A stretch of 32,000 nucleotides of DNA from an uncultured archaeon. GTDB taxonomy: Archaea; Asgardarchaeota; Jordiarchaeia; Jordiarchaeales; Jordiarchaeaceae. This document shows, one piece after another, positions 1-9,543 of this stretch (position 1 is its first letter; every line of letters starts with the position of its first letter). The position numbers and the translations under genes are program-made. Below the pieces are notes generated by a model, which saw nothing but the letters and a program-made list of their open reading frames with translations, ran no database searches and had not been told where the DNA came from. Where the stretch lies: NCBI GenBank assembly GCA_964510585.1, contig CAZECW010000020.1, forward strand, positions 1 to 32,000, given 5' to 3'.

Positions 1-347
1 GATTAAAAGATTCATAGATAAATCTAAATATCTATTTAAAAATTTTTGCCTTATTTATACTTCCAACCATATTCCCTAAGTCACCAAAATGGGAGAGGTT
101 AACCATTGGGAGGTGAGTGTTTTTGCTTGCTTCTACAGACAAATCTGGCTTTTTTTATACACAAAGATGTTAAAGAGGTGGGAATCCGGGTTCTACAACA
201 TTCGCAAAAGTTCCCAAAAATAGAAGCGCATTTAAACCTGAAGGCTATTATTCACAAATATTTATTAGGAAATAGATTTAAGAGTTTTGAACCAAACAAG
301 TTGTAAAAATTGGATTGAAACTAATTAATTGATTAGGAGGAAAAAGA

Positions 348-749
348 ATGCCTAGAAGAAGAGCTTCAAGAAGTAAGTCTAGAAGCACAGCATTACTCGG
401 CGCCCTTCTTTTACTTGTAACACCCTTTGTACCCAGCTTTGCGATAGGAATATACTATGGGCCTGGTCAGATTTTTCCGTCGCTTTCGGGAGGTATACGA
501 TGGCCCTGGCTTGACCTTGTGTCAATTCTCATTTTGATAATGGGTGTACTCGCGTTAATCGGTCTCCTAATTGATGGTGGGGACGTGTCCATGGTTCTCT
601 TAGTACTTGCAGGGGTAATCGGTTTGATTCTGGGTATCCTTGGTTTGTTCAGCTTCTGGGGATCTAGTATAATATTTGCTTTTGCGCCTGCTTGTGCGAT
701 TTTAGGTGGACTTCTAGCTTTATTTGGTGCGTTAAGAGTCAGGGTTTAA
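348..749 (+). CDS. Small integral membrane protein (about 4 hydrophobic segments) with Arg/Ser-rich N-terminus, function unknown
   Basis: 133-aa ORF; GGAGG RBS just upstream of ATG; long hydrophobic stretches; followed by a T-tract. Confidence 0.8.
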   Translation: MPRRRASRSKSRSTALLGALLLLVTPFVPSFAIGIYYGPGQIFPSLSGGIRWPWLDLVSILILIMGVLALIGLLIDGGDVSMVLLVLAGVIGLILGILGLFSFWGSSIIFAFAPACAILGGLLALFGALRVRV

Positions 750-761
750 AAACGCTGGCTC

Positions 762-774
762 CTTCCTTTTTTTG
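762..774 (+). terminator. Oligo-T archaeal terminator candidate
   Basis: CTTCCTTTTTTTT shortly after the stop of 348..749. Confidence 0.5.
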
Positions 775-970
775 GCTAATTTCTGAGTAGATTTGGGGAA
801 ATTTGTTTTAAAAACTAGTTTTGGTTGTTTTTCTTGCGTTTAGTGGTCTTCGAGTCGTGATATGTGTGTATATTTGAAGAATAGATATTGAAATATAGAT
901 GTTATTGCCATTATGTTATTTGTGAGATATTTATTTTTACAGATTTATGTTTATTTACGTGAATATTAAC

Positions 971-996
971 GAAAAACTTTATATTAAACGTGTTTA
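971..996 (+). promoter_or_regulatory. BRE-TATA promoter of the pur cluster with adjacent short inverted repeat
   Basis: GAAAAAC (971-977) + TTTATATT (978-985), about 75 nt before the purC ATG; TAAAC-GT-GTTTA at 985-996. Confidence 0.55.
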
Positions 997-1060
997 TAGT
1001 TGAGGTTGTCCAGCTTTAGGCTTCCGCGTATCACCCAAAATATGGTGTGGGGCAAGAAAA

Positions 1061-1804
1061 ATGTCCGAGTCTGCAGGCAAAGTTCTTTCTGAGGGTAAAA
1101 CTAAGATAGTTCGTGAAACTAGAGACAGAAACATTGTCCTTTTAGAATTTAAAGATAGTATTACAGCCCTCGATGGGGAAAAGAAGGACGTTTTAAAAGG
1201 AAAATCAGTAATAAACTCGCAAATATCTGCTCACTTTTTCAAGCTACTAGCAAAGAAGGGTGTTCCCACTCACTTTGTGGAATTTGTTGAGCCTAACATA
1301 ATGAGAGTGAAGAAGCTTAAAATGTTACCTGTAGAGGTTGTTTGCAGAAACATTGCTGCGGGACATTTAGTTAAAAATTTTCCCATAAGAGAGGGCACCC
1401 CCCTGAACCCTCCAGTGGTTGAGTTTTACCTCAAGGACGATGCACGTCACGATCCCATGCTCAATGAAGATCACTTTGTAATCCTTGGAATAGCCTCTAG
1501 AGATGAGGTTAAAAAAATAAAGGAACTCACACTCAAAACCAATAAAATTCTAAGTGAGTATCTAAAGTCTAAGAATCTTGTACTCGTGGATTTCAAGATA
1601 GAAGTTGGACGAGGGGAAGATGGCAAGATTTACGTGGGAGACGAAATTAATGGCGACTCGATGAGAATCTGGGAAGCCGGCACCAATAAAATTCTAGATA
1701 AAGATGTTTATAGAAAGGGCGCGTCCATGGAAGATGTCCTGAACACCTATATACAACTTTACCAGAAACTCTTAGGAAAAATGCCCCCAATTAGAGGAAA
1801 TTAA
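1061..1804 (+). CDS. purC: Phosphoribosylaminoimidazole-succinocarboxamide (SAICAR) synthase
   Basis: Motifs EGKTK, FKDSITALDGEK, LVDFKIEVG, DEINGDSMRIW, LDKDVYR. Confidence 0.97.
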   Translation: MSESAGKVLSEGKTKIVRETRDRNIVLLEFKDSITALDGEKKDVLKGKSVINSQISAHFFKLLAKKGVPTHFVEFVEPNIMRVKKLKMLPVEVVCRNIAAGHLVKNFPIREGTPLNPPVVEFYLKDDARHDPMLNEDHFVILGIASRDEVKKIKELTLKTNKILSEYLKSKNLVLVDFKIEVGRGEDGKIYVGDEINGDSMRIWEAGTNKILDKDVYRKGASMEDVLNTYIQLYQKLLGKMPPIRGN

Positions 1805-1805
1805 A

Positions 1806-2063
1806 ATGAATAATTACACGCTCGAAGTCATAATTGAAAATAAGCCAGCCGCAAGAGACCCCGAAGGAGAAACTATACTTAAAGACTTAATTAATCAGAA
1901 CGGATTCGAAATGGTCAAAAGCGTGCGCTCTGGGAAATATCTCCGCATAAACCTAGAGGCGGAGAGCAAAGAGGAAGCCAAGAACATCGTTTACAGAATG
2001 TGTAATGATTTGAGAATCTACAACCCTGTCATACATGTTGTTAGTATAAATGTGAAGGATTAA
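1806..2063 (+). CDS. purS: FGAM synthase subunit PurS
   Basis: 85 aa; DPEGETI motif, VRSGKY, NPVIH; position between purC and purQ. Confidence 0.95.
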   Translation: MNNYTLEVIIENKPAARDPEGETILKDLINQNGFEMVKSVRSGKYLRINLEAESKEEAKNIVYRMCNDLRIYNPVIHVVSINVKD

Positions 2064-2213
2064 CCAAATCTAAATAATCTATGAGGTTCCACTTTATGAG
2101 TGAATTGGTTTCGGCAAGTTCCGACGAGAAATGTGTGACCAAGCCTGTGATGGTGTATCTCTGCCGAAAATTTGTTTCTTCCATAATTTGGAGGAATATT
2201 TGAGGCGATAATT

Positions 2214-2930
2214 GTGAAGGTTGCCGTTATCCGTTTTCCTGGTTCGAATTGTGATCTGGATACCGTGTATGTGCTTAGAAGTGTGGTGGGTTTAGAAACA
2301 GAACTGGTGTGGCATAAGCATTTTAATGACGGCGACTTTGATGCGGTTGTGCTTCCAGGCGGCTTTTCTTATGGCGATGCTCTGAGAGCTGGAGTTATAG
2401 CTGCATATAGTCCGGCCATGAAGCGCGTAAAGGAGATGGCTAAGGAGGGCAAGCCGGTTTTAGGTATATGTAATGGTTTCCAAATCCTCGTTGAGTCAGA
2501 ATTGCTCGGCGGGGCCTTACTGAGAAATGATTGTCTCACGTTTATATGTAAATGGGTTACGCTCCGTGTTGATAATGATAAAACTGCGTTTACCAATTCG
2601 ATGAAAAAAGGCCAAATTCTCAAAATGCCAATAGCCCACAATGAAGGTCGATACTATAATGACCTGGAAGCTATTCGGGAAATGGAGGAAAATAATCAGA
2701 TTGTTTTTCGATACTCCAACGACAAAGGCGAATTAACATCTGAATCCAATCCTAATGGGTCTCTTGAGAATATTGCGGGTATATGCAACTTGGAGGGCAA
2801 TGTGTTAGGCTTAATGCCTCATCCTGAAAGAGCTTCTGAACCAATCCTCAGCCCATTTAAAACAGATCATGGAAAACTAATTTTCGAATCCATGGTTAAC
2901 GCAATTAAAAATGGGGGAAAATATAGGTGA
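2214..2930 (+). CDS. purQ: FGAM synthase glutaminase subunit PurQ
   Basis: PGSNC, PGGFSYGD, GICNGFQIL (catalytic Cys), MPHPER. Confidence 0.97.
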   Translation: MKVAVIRFPGSNCDLDTVYVLRSVVGLETELVWHKHFNDGDFDAVVLPGGFSYGDALRAGVIAAYSPAMKRVKEMAKEGKPVLGICNGFQILVESELLGGALLRNDCLTFICKWVTLRVDNDKTAFTNSMKKGQILKMPIAHNEGRYYNDLEAIREMEENNQIVFRYSNDKGELTSESNPNGSLENIAGICNLEGNVLGLMPHPERASEPILSPFKTDHGKLIFESMVNAIKNGGKYR

Positions 2931-5143
2931 CAATAGTTGAAGGAGTGCAGGTGGATTTAAAGCCCGAGGAGCTAAGCCAAGCCGTAAAAATGTTGGGAAA
3001 AAAACCCAACGCTGTAGAAGTGGGTATGATAGATGTTATGTGGTCTGAGCACTGCTCCTACAAGTCTTCAAGGCCAATTTTAAAGTTACTGCCCCAAAGT
3101 GGGCCGAGGGTTGTGTGTGGACCGGGAAATGATGCGGGCGCTGTTGACATTGGAGACGGCTACGTTGCTGTTTTCAAAATTGAATCGCATAACCACCCTT
3201 CAGCAATTGAGCCCTACAATGGAGCCGCAACTGGAATTGGGGGGATAATTCGGGACATCTTATGTATGGGTGCGCGTCCCATAGCGCTTCTGGATCCTCT
3301 ACGTTTCGGCTCTATTCGGAGTCCTCGTTCACGTTGGCTCTTTAAATATGTGGTGAAGGGCATTGCTGATTATGGAAACTGCGTGGGCATTCCAACAGTG
3401 GGGGGAGAAGTAGAATTCGATGAGAGCTTTGAATCAAATTGCCTCGTAAACGTGGTTTGTGTGGGCATAGCAAAAAGGGACGAAATAGTGTTAGCCGAAG
3501 CCAAGTATCCCGGCGATGTAGTAGTTCTGGCGGGCGGCTCAACTGGGAGAGACGGTATTCATGGTGTTACATTCGCCTCCCGAACTCTAACCGAAGAATC
3601 AGAAGAAGACCGACCTGCGGTTCAAGTAGGAGACCCATTCACAAAAAAGCTTATCATTGATGCTACACTAGAGATTTTGAAAACAGGTTTTGTGCATGGC
3701 TTGAAGGATCTGGGTGGTGGAGGTTTAACCTGCGCCTCTTCAGAGATGGCTAACAAAGGAGGCAGGGGTATTGACATTGAGCTATCAAAAGTTCACCTCA
3801 GGGAAAAGGGTCTTTCGCCATTCGAAATAATGCTATCCGAGTCCCAGGAACGCATGCTTTTCATTGTAGACCCAAAGGGTGTGGAAACTGTAACTGAAAT
3901 ACTTGACAAGTACGGTTTGTCCTGGAGTATTCCGGGCAAGGTCACCGACTCCAAAAATGTACGGGTTTTCCTGAATGGTTCATTGGTGGCTGAGGTGCCA
4001 GCAAAACTGTTGGCGGAATCCCCCATAATAGAGAGAAAAGCGAAGAAGCCTTCCTACATTGATGAGCTGAAAAAGGTTGAAAAACCCCCAATGCCCAACG
4101 ATTTGTCGGAGGTACTGATTCAACTAATGGCTTCAGAAAACATCGCAAGCAAGGAATGGGTCTATAGGCAATATGATCACGAGGTAGGTATAAGAAGCGT
4201 AGTAAAGTGTGGAGAGGCGGATGCGGCGGTGCTTAGAATACTTGGCGAGGATAAAGGCATTGCGGTCTCAAGCGATTGCAACTCCAAACACTGCTACCTT
4301 GACCCATTTAATGGTGGGGCGGGGGCTGTCGCCGAAGCCTGTAGAAACGTTGCCTGTGTGGGAGCACTTCCCCTAGCCATTGTAGACTGTTTAAATTTTG
4401 GCAATCCCGAAAAGTCCGATGTTTTCTGGCAGTTCAAAGAAACGGTGCGTGGAATGTCCGAAATGTGTAAGGTTATGCAGACGCCTTGCGTGGGTGGTAA
4501 CGTGAGTTTTTATAATGAAGATGAGGTTACCAAAAAGGCTGTGAAACCTTCCCCTGTGGTGGTGGCTCTTGGAGTTTTGGAGTCGCTTAAAAATGTGGTA
4601 ACATTAACATTCAAAAATGTCGGCGATTGTATTGTCTTACTGGGAAAAACATTTCCCGAAATGGGCGGCTCAGAATACTACTATACTATCCACCAAATTG
4701 AAGGAGGAATCGCTCCCAAAGTGGATATGAAAACAGAGAAAAGAACCATCGACCTTCTACTGTTAGCTATGAAGGAAAGCTATATCAATGCAGCTCACGA
4801 CTGCTCAAAGGGCGGTCTCGGCGTGGCTCTCTCCCTGATGAGCGTTAAAAGCAAACTTGGGTTGGAAGCTGAACTCCGAGAAGCTAATACCGAGAACCTG
4901 AGATTTGATGAGCTTCTGTTCTCCGAAAGCCATTCCAGGTTCATTGTCACCACCAAAAAAGCTAACCTTGACAATCTTCTGGAACTCGCCAAAAATCGAG
5001 GCGTCTTTGCATGTTATTTAGGAAATGTTATTAGTTCACCTCAAATCGTATTTCGCTATGAAGATAATGAAATTGTGGATTGCGATTTAATGGAGATAAA
5101 GCAAGCTTGGGAGAGTACAATACCCTCATATATGAGGCTTTAA
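2927..5143 (+). CDS. purL: FGAM synthase synthetase subunit PurL (small type)
   Basis: WSEHCSYKSS, KIESHNHPS, EPYNGAATGIGGIIRD, DLGGGG, SESQERM; GTGA overlap with the purQ stop. Confidence 0.97.
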   Translation: MTIVEGVQVDLKPEELSQAVKMLGKKPNAVEVGMIDVMWSEHCSYKSSRPILKLLPQSGPRVVCGPGNDAGAVDIGDGYVAVFKIESHNHPSAIEPYNGAATGIGGIIRDILCMGARPIALLDPLRFGSIRSPRSRWLFKYVVKGIADYGNCVGIPTVGGEVEFDESFESNCLVNVVCVGIAKRDEIVLAEAKYPGDVVVLAGGSTGRDGIHGVTFASRTLTEESEEDRPAVQVGDPFTKKLIIDATLEILKTGFVHGLKDLGGGGLTCASSEMANKGGRGIDIELSKVHLREKGLSPFEIMLSESQERMLFIVDPKGVETVTEILDKYGLSWSIPGKVTDSKNVRVFLNGSLVAEVPAKLLAESPIIERKAKKPSYIDELKKVEKPPMPNDLSEVLIQLMASENIASKEWVYRQYDHEVGIRSVVKCGEADAAVLRILGEDKGIAVSSDCNSKHCYLDPFNGGAGAVAEACRNVACVGALPLAIVDCLNFGNPEKSDVFWQFKETVRGMSEMCKVMQTPCVGGNVSFYNEDEVTKKAVKPSPVVVALGVLESLKNVVTLTFKNVGDCIVLLGKTFPEMGGSEYYYTIHQIEGGIAPKVDMKTEKRTIDLLLLAMKESYINAAHDCSKGGLGVALSLMSVKSKLGLEAELREANTENLRFDELLFSESHSRFIVTTKKANLDNLLELAKNRGVFACYLGNVISSPQIVFRYEDNEIVDCDLMEIKQAWESTIPSYMRL

Positions 5144-5145
5144 AT

Positions 5146-6591
5146 ATGTCTGAAAAATACCTTTTAGGCAAACCCCGCGAGCACTGCGGAGTAATAGGCG
5201 TTTATTCTCCAGACAAATCCATTCAAGTTTCAAGATACGCTTTTGACGGCTTAATTGCACTCCAACACCGAGGACAGGAGTCCGCTGGAATATATGTACA
5301 AAATGGTAAAGGAATCACCGGCCACAAAGATATGGGTCTAGCCAGCACAGTCTTTACAAAAAAAATCCTGTCCACACTCTACGGAAATAAAGCCATAGCC
5401 CACGTCAGGTACAGCACCACCTCAGACAGCAACATTGAAAACGCCCAACCCAAAAAGTTCGTCTCCACCTTGGGATCATATGCCATCGCCTTTAACGGTA
5501 CCATAACTAACTTCCTCAAACTGAGATCCATGTTAGAAGAGAAAGGACATGTTTTCCACACGGATTCAGACACCGAGACCATAGCCCACGTATTAGCAGC
5601 AAATCTACTTGAAACAGACGATTACACACAAGCCATACTTAAAAGCATGAACGAGTTAAAGGGCTCCTACTCCATGGTTATTCTAAACGAGAAAGGCGAT
5701 CTATATGCAGTGCGCGACCCACTAGGATTTAAACCACTATGCATAGGGCAGATCAACAACATTTATATGGTGGCATCCGAAACTGCCGCCATCGAATCTC
5801 TAAACGGTACAGTTTTAGGAGACGTAGCGCCTGGAGAGGTAATCAGAATCACTGACAGCGGGCCAGTAAAAGAAGGTGTCATTAAAGCTGAGAGGCATGC
5901 CCGCTGTATGTTCGAATTTGTTTACTTTTCAAGAACAGACTCCAGATTTGATGGAATCTCAATCTACAGGGTTCGAGAAAGACTGGGAAAAATATTAGCT
6001 CAAATACACCCCGTAGACGCAGACATCATCGTGCCTGTTCCTGATTCGGGCAGAACTGCTGCGGCGGGACTGGCGGCTGAGTCCGGCATACCTATGGCAG
6101 AGGGACTCATCAAAAACCGTTACGTTTGGCGAACCTTCATAATGCCCGTACAGGCAGAAAGAGAAGACCAAGTTAAGTTGAAACTTAACCCCGTGAGAGA
6201 ACTTATAAGCGGAAAGGACGTCGTGCTCGTTGATGACTCCATAGTTCGCGCAACCACAATGAAGAGAATAGTCTGCCTTATACGAAATGCGGGAGCCAAT
6301 AAAGTTCATGTCAGAGTCAGCTGTCCCCCCATCATAGCTCCCTGCTATATGGGAATAGACTTCCCTACCAGCCGTGAACTCATTGCTGCAAATCAAACAA
6401 TAGAAGAAATCCGAAAATTCATTGGCGCCGACTCACTGGGATACATGACAATTGATGGGTTAATGGAAGGCATCGGACTGCCAGAAAATGAGCTCTGCCT
6501 TGCCTGCCTAAACAAGAAGTATCCAATTGAAACTGTAGATACTGATTTCCTTGAGAAATACCTCGGAGGACAAAAAAGAGTTGAAGATTAA
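5146..6591 (+). CDS. purF: Amidophosphoribosyltransferase, copy 1 (intact glutaminase motifs)
   Basis: Short propeptide then EHCGVIG; QHRGQE, HVRYST, FNG, DSDTE, KNRY, DDSIVRATT; four Fe-S Cys. Start moved from the ORF track (5080) to the ATG 2 nt after the purL stop. Confidence 0.93.
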   Translation: MSEKYLLGKPREHCGVIGVYSPDKSIQVSRYAFDGLIALQHRGQESAGIYVQNGKGITGHKDMGLASTVFTKKILSTLYGNKAIAHVRYSTTSDSNIENAQPKKFVSTLGSYAIAFNGTITNFLKLRSMLEEKGHVFHTDSDTETIAHVLAANLLETDDYTQAILKSMNELKGSYSMVILNEKGDLYAVRDPLGFKPLCIGQINNIYMVASETAAIESLNGTVLGDVAPGEVIRITDSGPVKEGVIKAERHARCMFEFVYFSRTDSRFDGISIYRVRERLGKILAQIHPVDADIIVPVPDSGRTAAAGLAAESGIPMAEGLIKNRYVWRTFIMPVQAEREDQVKLKLNPVRELISGKDVVLVDDSIVRATTMKRIVCLIRNAGANKVHVRVSCPPIIAPCYMGIDFPTSRELIAANQTIEEIRKFIGADSLGYMTIDGLMEGIGLPENELCLACLNKKYPIETVDTDFLEKYLGGQKRVED

Positions 6592-7924
6592 AGAGAGATG
6601 CGGAGTATTTGGAATCTACGCCTTTGACCAGAAATGGAATGTTTCCAGATTCGTGTACTATGGATTAATAGCGTCACAAAACAGAGGACAGGAAACCTGC
6701 GGAATAGCCACCTACAACGGAAACGAAATCAAATGCATCAAAGGCAAAGGAATGGTAGAAGAATTCTTCTCAGCAGAAAAACTAGAAAAAATACCAGGCT
6801 GGATAGGAATAGGAAACGTCTCCCCATTCGCCCCAGAATCCACAAACAACATACAACCAGTCAGCGACAACAAAACCCAACTAGTCTTCAGCTACAACGG
6901 AAAAATACTAAACTTCAAAGAAATATCCCCCAACTCTAACACCGGACCAGACGAAGATCCAAATGTCGCCGCAAAGCTACTGTCTCAAGAACTAGAAAAA
7001 AGCGACCCCCTACAAGCCACCGAAACCGTTATGGAGAAATTCAAAGGAGCCTACTCATTCGTAGCCATCACCAAAAACGGCGAAATGATAGTTGCACGAG
7101 ACCCTATGGGCATAAAACCCCTATGCATAGGGAGCTTCGGCTTCGACCACGGAGCCATTGCTTCTGAGAGCGCCACCCTAGACATAATAGGCGCAGACTA
7201 CAAAGCACCAATAAAACCCGGAGAAATCTACGTATTCACCCCCTACAGCATAGAAAGAAAACAAGCCTTCAAACCCCAACCCAAATACTGCGCTTTCGAA
7301 TACGTCTACTTTGCACGCCCCGACTCCATAATAAACGACAAATCCGTCTACGAAGCCCGAATGAAAATCGGAGAACACCTCGCCAAAGAATTCCCCGTAG
7401 ATGCCGACGCAGTAATAGGCGTACCAGAAACCGCCATACCCTTCGCCATGGCCTACTCAAACTACACAGGCACACCCATAGAAATGGGATTCGTAAGAAC
7501 CGGCCGCTCAGTAAGAACCGCAATAAAACCCACACAGTTCGAACGACTCGTAGGAGTACAACTCAAACTAAATCCCATACGCAGCGCCATCCGAGGAAAA
7601 AAAGTAGTCCTAATAGACGACAGCGTAGTAAGAGGAACCACAACCAGAAACATCGTCAACCTAATGCGCAACCGCATAGGAGCCAAAGAAGTCCACGTAA
7701 GAATAGGAAGCCCCCGCCTAATCTCACCCTGCCCATTCGGCGTCGAAGTCCCAGAAAAAGACGAACTCATAGCAGCCAACCTAACACCCGAAGAAGTAAG
7801 CAAGGTAGTAGGCGCAGACACCTTCGCTTGGCTATCCCTCAAAGGCGTAATTGACTCAATAGGATTCCCCAAAGAAAAACTCTGCCTAGGATGCTTCACT
7901 GGAAAATACCCCATAGAAGAATAA
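6581..7924 (+). CDS. purF: Amidophosphoribosyltransferase paralogue, copy 2 (divergent glutamine-binding motifs)
   Basis: KERCGVFG, QNRGQE, CAFEYVYFARPDS, DDSVVRGTT, CLGC; TTG start 10 nt after GGAGGA, overlapping the stop of copy 1. Confidence 0.9.
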   Translation: MKIKERCGVFGIYAFDQKWNVSRFVYYGLIASQNRGQETCGIATYNGNEIKCIKGKGMVEEFFSAEKLEKIPGWIGIGNVSPFAPESTNNIQPVSDNKTQLVFSYNGKILNFKEISPNSNTGPDEDPNVAAKLLSQELEKSDPLQATETVMEKFKGAYSFVAITKNGEMIVARDPMGIKPLCIGSFGFDHGAIASESATLDIIGADYKAPIKPGEIYVFTPYSIERKQAFKPQPKYCAFEYVYFARPDSIINDKSVYEARMKIGEHLAKEFPVDADAVIGVPETAIPFAMAYSNYTGTPIEMGFVRTGRSVRTAIKPTQFERLVGVQLKLNPIRSAIRGKKVVLIDDSVVRGTTTRNIVNLMRNRIGAKEVHVRIGSPRLISPCPFGVEVPEKDELIAANLTPEEVSKVVGADTFAWLSLKGVIDSIGFPKEKLCLGCFTGKYPIEE

Positions 7925-7942
7925 AACATAGGAGAATAAAAA

Positions 7943-9421
7943 ATGGTAAAAATTCTACTCGTAGGAAACGGAGCAAGAGAACACGCCATAGCCGACACAC
8001 TAGCCAGAAGCACACACCAACCCAAAATATACGCAGCGGCTAGTGACCGAAACCCAGGCATAGTAAGAATATGCCAAAAAACTGGAGGAGAAATCATACT
8101 GGGAAACCCCACCGACCCCAAATTCGTAGCCCAAACCGCACAAAAACACTCCGTAGACTTCGTCTTCATAGGACCAGAAGAACCACAATTTATGGGCGTA
8201 GCAGACGAAGTAGAAAACACTGGAATCCCATGCATAGGAGCAAAAAAAGCCCCAGCAGAAATAGAAATGTCCAAAGCATTCATGCGAAGACTCATGTGGA
8301 AATACAAAATCCCCGGAAGACTAAGATTCATGGCCTTCAAAAACGTCGAAGACGCCATAGCCTACATAAACGAATACGCTGAAAGCATAGCCCTGAAACC
8401 AGCAAGACAAGCAGGAGGAAAAGGAGTAAAAGTCATCGCGGATCTCCAAGCATACCTCCAACAGGAAAAGGCAGAAGTAAAGAGAAAACATGCCCAGGAC
8501 ATCTACGAAAAACACATGCAACCCTACACAGACATCGAAGACCGAATACTAATAGAACAAAAAGTAGAAGGACCAGAATACACACTTCAATGCTTTACTG
8601 ATGGAAAAACCATAAAACCCCTACCGCTAGTACAAGACAACAAAAACGCATACAATATGGACATAGGGCCCGAAACCGGCGGTATGGGAAGTATTGGCGG
8701 TCCTGGTTTGACTCTGCCCTTTATAAACGAGGAGGAGTATAAGCAGTCCGTTTCTATTGTGGAGAGCGTTGTTAGAGCTATAAATAAGGAGTTGGGTCAA
8801 CCCTATCGTGGTGTTATTGCAGGTCAGATGATGTTGACTGCTCTGTGGGGGCCTACTATTATTGAGTTTTATTCTCGGTTTGGTGATCCTGAGGCGGTGA
8901 ATGTTCTTCCCATTCTTGAATCGGACTTGGTGGATATTTCAGAGGCCATAATAAGTGGTAAACTTGGTAAAATTAATTTGAAGTTTAGAGATACGGCCAC
9001 TGTTGTGAAGTGTATTGCTCCCAGAGGGTATCCTGATAGGAGAGATTTGGCTAAGGGTCATCCTTTGTATGTTGATGAGGCGGCTATTGAGAAGAGGGGT
9101 TGCAGGGTTTTCTATGGCTCTGTCGGGTTGCGGGATGGTGAGATGATCACTGGTGGGGCGCGTGCCGTGGAAATTTTGGCTGAGGCGCAATCTATTCCAG
9201 AGGCTTCAGAAATTGCGGAGAGCTGCATAGGTTTTGTTAAACTTGAGGATGATTGGAAACTATTCCATCGGTCAGATATTGGTGGTGAGACGCTTTTAGA
9301 GAAGAGAGTTGAGTTGGCGCAATTGATTAGGGAGATATACAATTATCGCAAAGAAAAGGATCTTGTTGGGAGACAGGTGGACTGGATTCCGGGCAGGGGA
9401 CGAATAGAGTACCAAGCTTAG
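7943..9421 (+). CDS. purD: Phosphoribosylamine-glycine ligase (long, crenarchaeal-like form)
   Basis: VGNGAREHAI, GPEEP, AGGKGV, GPETGGMGS, SRFGDPE, GGARAV. Confidence 0.96.
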   Translation: MVKILLVGNGAREHAIADTLARSTHQPKIYAAASDRNPGIVRICQKTGGEIILGNPTDPKFVAQTAQKHSVDFVFIGPEEPQFMGVADEVENTGIPCIGAKKAPAEIEMSKAFMRRLMWKYKIPGRLRFMAFKNVEDAIAYINEYAESIALKPARQAGGKGVKVIADLQAYLQQEKAEVKRKHAQDIYEKHMQPYTDIEDRILIEQKVEGPEYTLQCFTDGKTIKPLPLVQDNKNAYNMDIGPETGGMGSIGGPGLTLPFINEEEYKQSVSIVESVVRAINKELGQPYRGVIAGQMMLTALWGPTIIEFYSRFGDPEAVNVLPILESDLVDISEAIISGKLGKINLKFRDTATVVKCIAPRGYPDRRDLAKGHPLYVDEAAIEKRGCRVFYGSVGLRDGEMITGGARAVEILAEAQSIPEASEIAESCIGFVKLEDDWKLFHRSDIGGETLLEKRVELAQLIREIYNYRKEKDLVGRQVDWIPGRGRIEYQA

Positions 9422-9543
9422 TCGATTCCTTTTTGAAACTATAATGCCTTAGCTCCGCAAAGATTTTTTAGTTTATGATGCTCTAAAGGGAAGTAGTCAA
9501 TACTTGAATTGTTTTTTTGTCAAGGGAGGAATGGTGTAAAGCT

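Noticed and set aside
106-306. 66-aa ORF near a GGAGGTGA sequence
   Set aside because: The SD-like sequence overlaps the predicted start; no motif; cannot be supported as a gene, though a shorter TTG-started version is not excluded
6551-6591. purF1/purF2 overlap with an A6 run as a possible fusion frameshift
   Set aside because: GGAGGA plus TTG at 6581 gives a normal PurF propeptide (MKIKERC); independent initiation explains the overlap
7462-8358. 298-aa minus-strand ORF
   Set aside because: Antisense shadow of purF2/purD; no motifs, and its length is plausibly a by-product of the biased codon usage on the sense strand
8660-8720. Replication origin at the skew switch
   Set aside because: Lies inside purD; no ORB repeats, AT-rich unwinding element or cdc6/orc1 gene
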